Of a stretch of 28,751 nt of DNA, positions 27,187 to 28,751 are shown in pieces (the stretch's first letter is position 1; every line of letters starts with the position of its first letter). Source of the stretch: Candidatus Methylomirabilia bacterium (GTDB taxonomy: Bacteria; Methylomirabilota; Methylomirabilia; Rokubacteriales; CSP1-6); NCBI GenBank assembly GCA_041497895.1, contig JBGQHJ010000052.1, positions 1 through 28,751 on the forward strand, read 5' to 3'. A program made the position numbers and the translations under genes. Below the pieces are notes generated by a model, which had not been told where the DNA came from, ran no database searches, and saw only the letters and a program-made list of their open reading frames with translations.

Positions 27187-27233
27187 GTCCCGGGAAAACA
27201 CGGTAACTATCTGCCCTGTTTGACCTTTCCGGA

Positions 27234-28730
27234 TCAGCCGCCGGCCAGGATCCGGAGTCGCTCGAGCAGCCTGGCGAGGCCCAGGGTGTCCCGCCCGCAG
27301 TACTCCAGGAGGTCCTCCCGCAGCCGGGCTCGCTCGGCGTGCCCCAGGGTCTCGCCGTCCCAGAGCAGGCGCTCCAGCATCAGGCTGGCCAGCGCGCCCT
27401 CGCCGATCGCCAGGTCGTCGTAGCCGAGCCCGGGGACCAGCGCGGGCAGCACGCGCTTGAGCGAGAAGCTCCCGCCGAACGCCGGATGGTAGACGTGCTC
27501 GCGCACGATCGGCAGCAGGTCGACCAGCCGCTCCGCGATGCGCTCGAGGCGCGGGGCCACCGCGGGCGCGCCCGCCGCGATCCGCCGGATGCACTCGCGC
27601 TCGAAGCTCGCCTGGTAGGCCACGATGGTGCGCGCCGGCTCGCACGCGGCGAGGAGCCGCTCGGCCAGCGCGGGGCGCACGTCGTCGGACCCGTCCGCGA
27701 GCCAGGCGTGATGCGCGAGCCCACCGGCGCCGTCCTCCAGGTGGCAGCTCCACTGCACCGGCAGCGCATCCCAGGGATGGCAGCCGTTCCATACCGGGAT
27801 CGGGAGCCCCGTGGTCTCGAAGTCGAGGAACGCCACCGGTGAGGTGCAGGCGCGCAGCGCGCGCCCGAGGCCGGGCTCCACGATCATCCGGCCCGCCTGC
27901 ACCGCCCGCCGCTGCCGGTCGGCGGTGGCGGCCAGCGCGGTGTCCTCGGGCAGATCGAAGATGGTCTGGTAGCCCTGCTCGTAGAGCGCGGCCAGCGCGC
28001 GCGCCTGCTGCCGGTAGAGCGTGCTCACGTGGTGCTCGGGCGCGGGCGCCCAGCAGCGCCCGAGGAACGGGCACTCGCGGGGCCTCGTGCAGTGCGGCCC
28101 GGTCGCCACCTCCGGGCGCGGGCCGGCCAGCATGGCCTGGAGCGCGCCGACCTCGCCCGGCAGCGTCACGAGCCGCGCCTCGGCCTCCGCGGTCACGTCC
28201 GCGCGCACGAAGAGGTTGCCGAGGTCCGGGTAGGTGCAGGCCCGGTTGAGATGCATGATCTCCATCCGCCGCACCGGCAGCCCGGCCCGCCGTGCCACGT
28301 GCGCCTGGATGGCCACGTCGGCCAGGTGCATCTCCTTCACGCCGGTCGTCGACTTCACCTCGGTGACGCAGAACCCCTCATCGGCCGCGCGCTCCAGGAT
28401 GTCGATCGCCACGTACACGGAGTCGGCACGGAAGCTCGCTTCGTAGATCACCGGGGCACCTGCGGCGAGCGCCCCGCGGGTGGCAGCCAGGCGCTGCTCG
28501 TAGGCATCGTGGGGAAGATCGATCAGCACGCCGCCCGGCACGTGCTCACGCGCCACCTCGCCAACCCGACGCCCCCGCGCGAACACCGCCTCGAGCATCG
28601 CGTCGGGTACAAGCTCGCGCGCGCCCGGCTCGTGCACCCGCCACCACAGCTGCTTCGCGCACTGCAGCCCCGCCATGACCCGCGACTTGGAAAGGCCGGG
28701 CGGCGGCGCGGCCCCTACGGGAGGCGCCAC
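27234..28730 (-). CDS. DUF2779-type protein: Cas4/RecB-like PD-(D/E)xK domain plus RNase H-like domain
   Basis: LSKS...QCAKQLW, IDIL...EVKS, CTRPRECPFLGRC, FLDFET, SFSLK-VLP and YCGRDT. Confidence 0.82.
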   Translation of the reverse strand: MAPPVGAAPPPGLSKSRVMAGLQCAKQLWWRVHEPGARELVPDAMLEAVFARGRRVGEVAREHVPGGVLIDLPHDAYEQRLAATRGALAAGAPVIYEASFRADSVYVAIDILERAADEGFCVTEVKSTTGVKEMHLADVAIQAHVARRAGLPVRRMEIMHLNRACTYPDLGNLFVRADVTAEAEARLVTLPGEVGALQAMLAGPRPEVATGPHCTRPRECPFLGRCWAPAPEHHVSTLYRQQARALAALYEQGYQTIFDLPEDTALAATADRQRRAVQAGRMIVEPGLGRALRACTSPVAFLDFETTGLPIPVWNGCHPWDALPVQWSCHLEDGAGGLAHHAWLADGSDDVRPALAERLLAACEPARTIVAYQASFERECIRRIAAGAPAVAPRLERIAERLVDLLPIVREHVYHPAFGGSFSLKRVLPALVPGLGYDDLAIGEGALASLMLERLLWDGETLGHAERARLREDLLEYCGRDTLGLARLLERLRILAGG

Positions 28731-28751
28731 GCTAGCCGGGGCTATTCATGA

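Noticed and set aside
26780..27230. Chromosomal oriC call
   Set aside because: Only five boxes, no clear unwinding element and no typical origin-flanking genes. Kept as a DnaA-box finding instead.
27234..28730. CRISPR-Cas (cas4) locus
   Set aside because: No repeat-spacer array or other cas genes are in the window.

Overview
High-GC bacterial chromosomal segment of mostly core and metabolic genes. The gene content (family-5 solute-binding protein, amidohydrolase, LLM, RidA-like, RRM protein) resembles Candidatus Rokubacteria/Methylomirabilota, but that is an inference. About 26 CDSs are supported, including glgC, leuA, an RhlE-like DEAD-box helicase, an ergothioneine-type locus, a stand-alone DMSO-reductase-family enzyme and a DUF2779-type nuclease-like gene. 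The ergothioneine-type locus has a betaine-family ABC importer, egtD translationally coupled to an unexplained phosphoribosyltransferase-fold gene, and a divergent fungal-Egt1-like sulfoxide synthase. No rRNA, tRNA, CRISPR array or transposase was recognised. The strongest signals are (1) a shared candidate pseudoknot motif (CUUCCGC/GCGGAAG core) in the long leaders of both the RRM gene and the helicase gene, (2) the PRTase-fold gene inside the egt locus, (3) a small basic orphan gene bracketed by five DnaA-box-like sites, (4) a Leu-codon leader peptide attenuator ahead of leuA, and (5) two palindromic MITE/REP-like elements. All calls come from reading the sequence; no searches were run.
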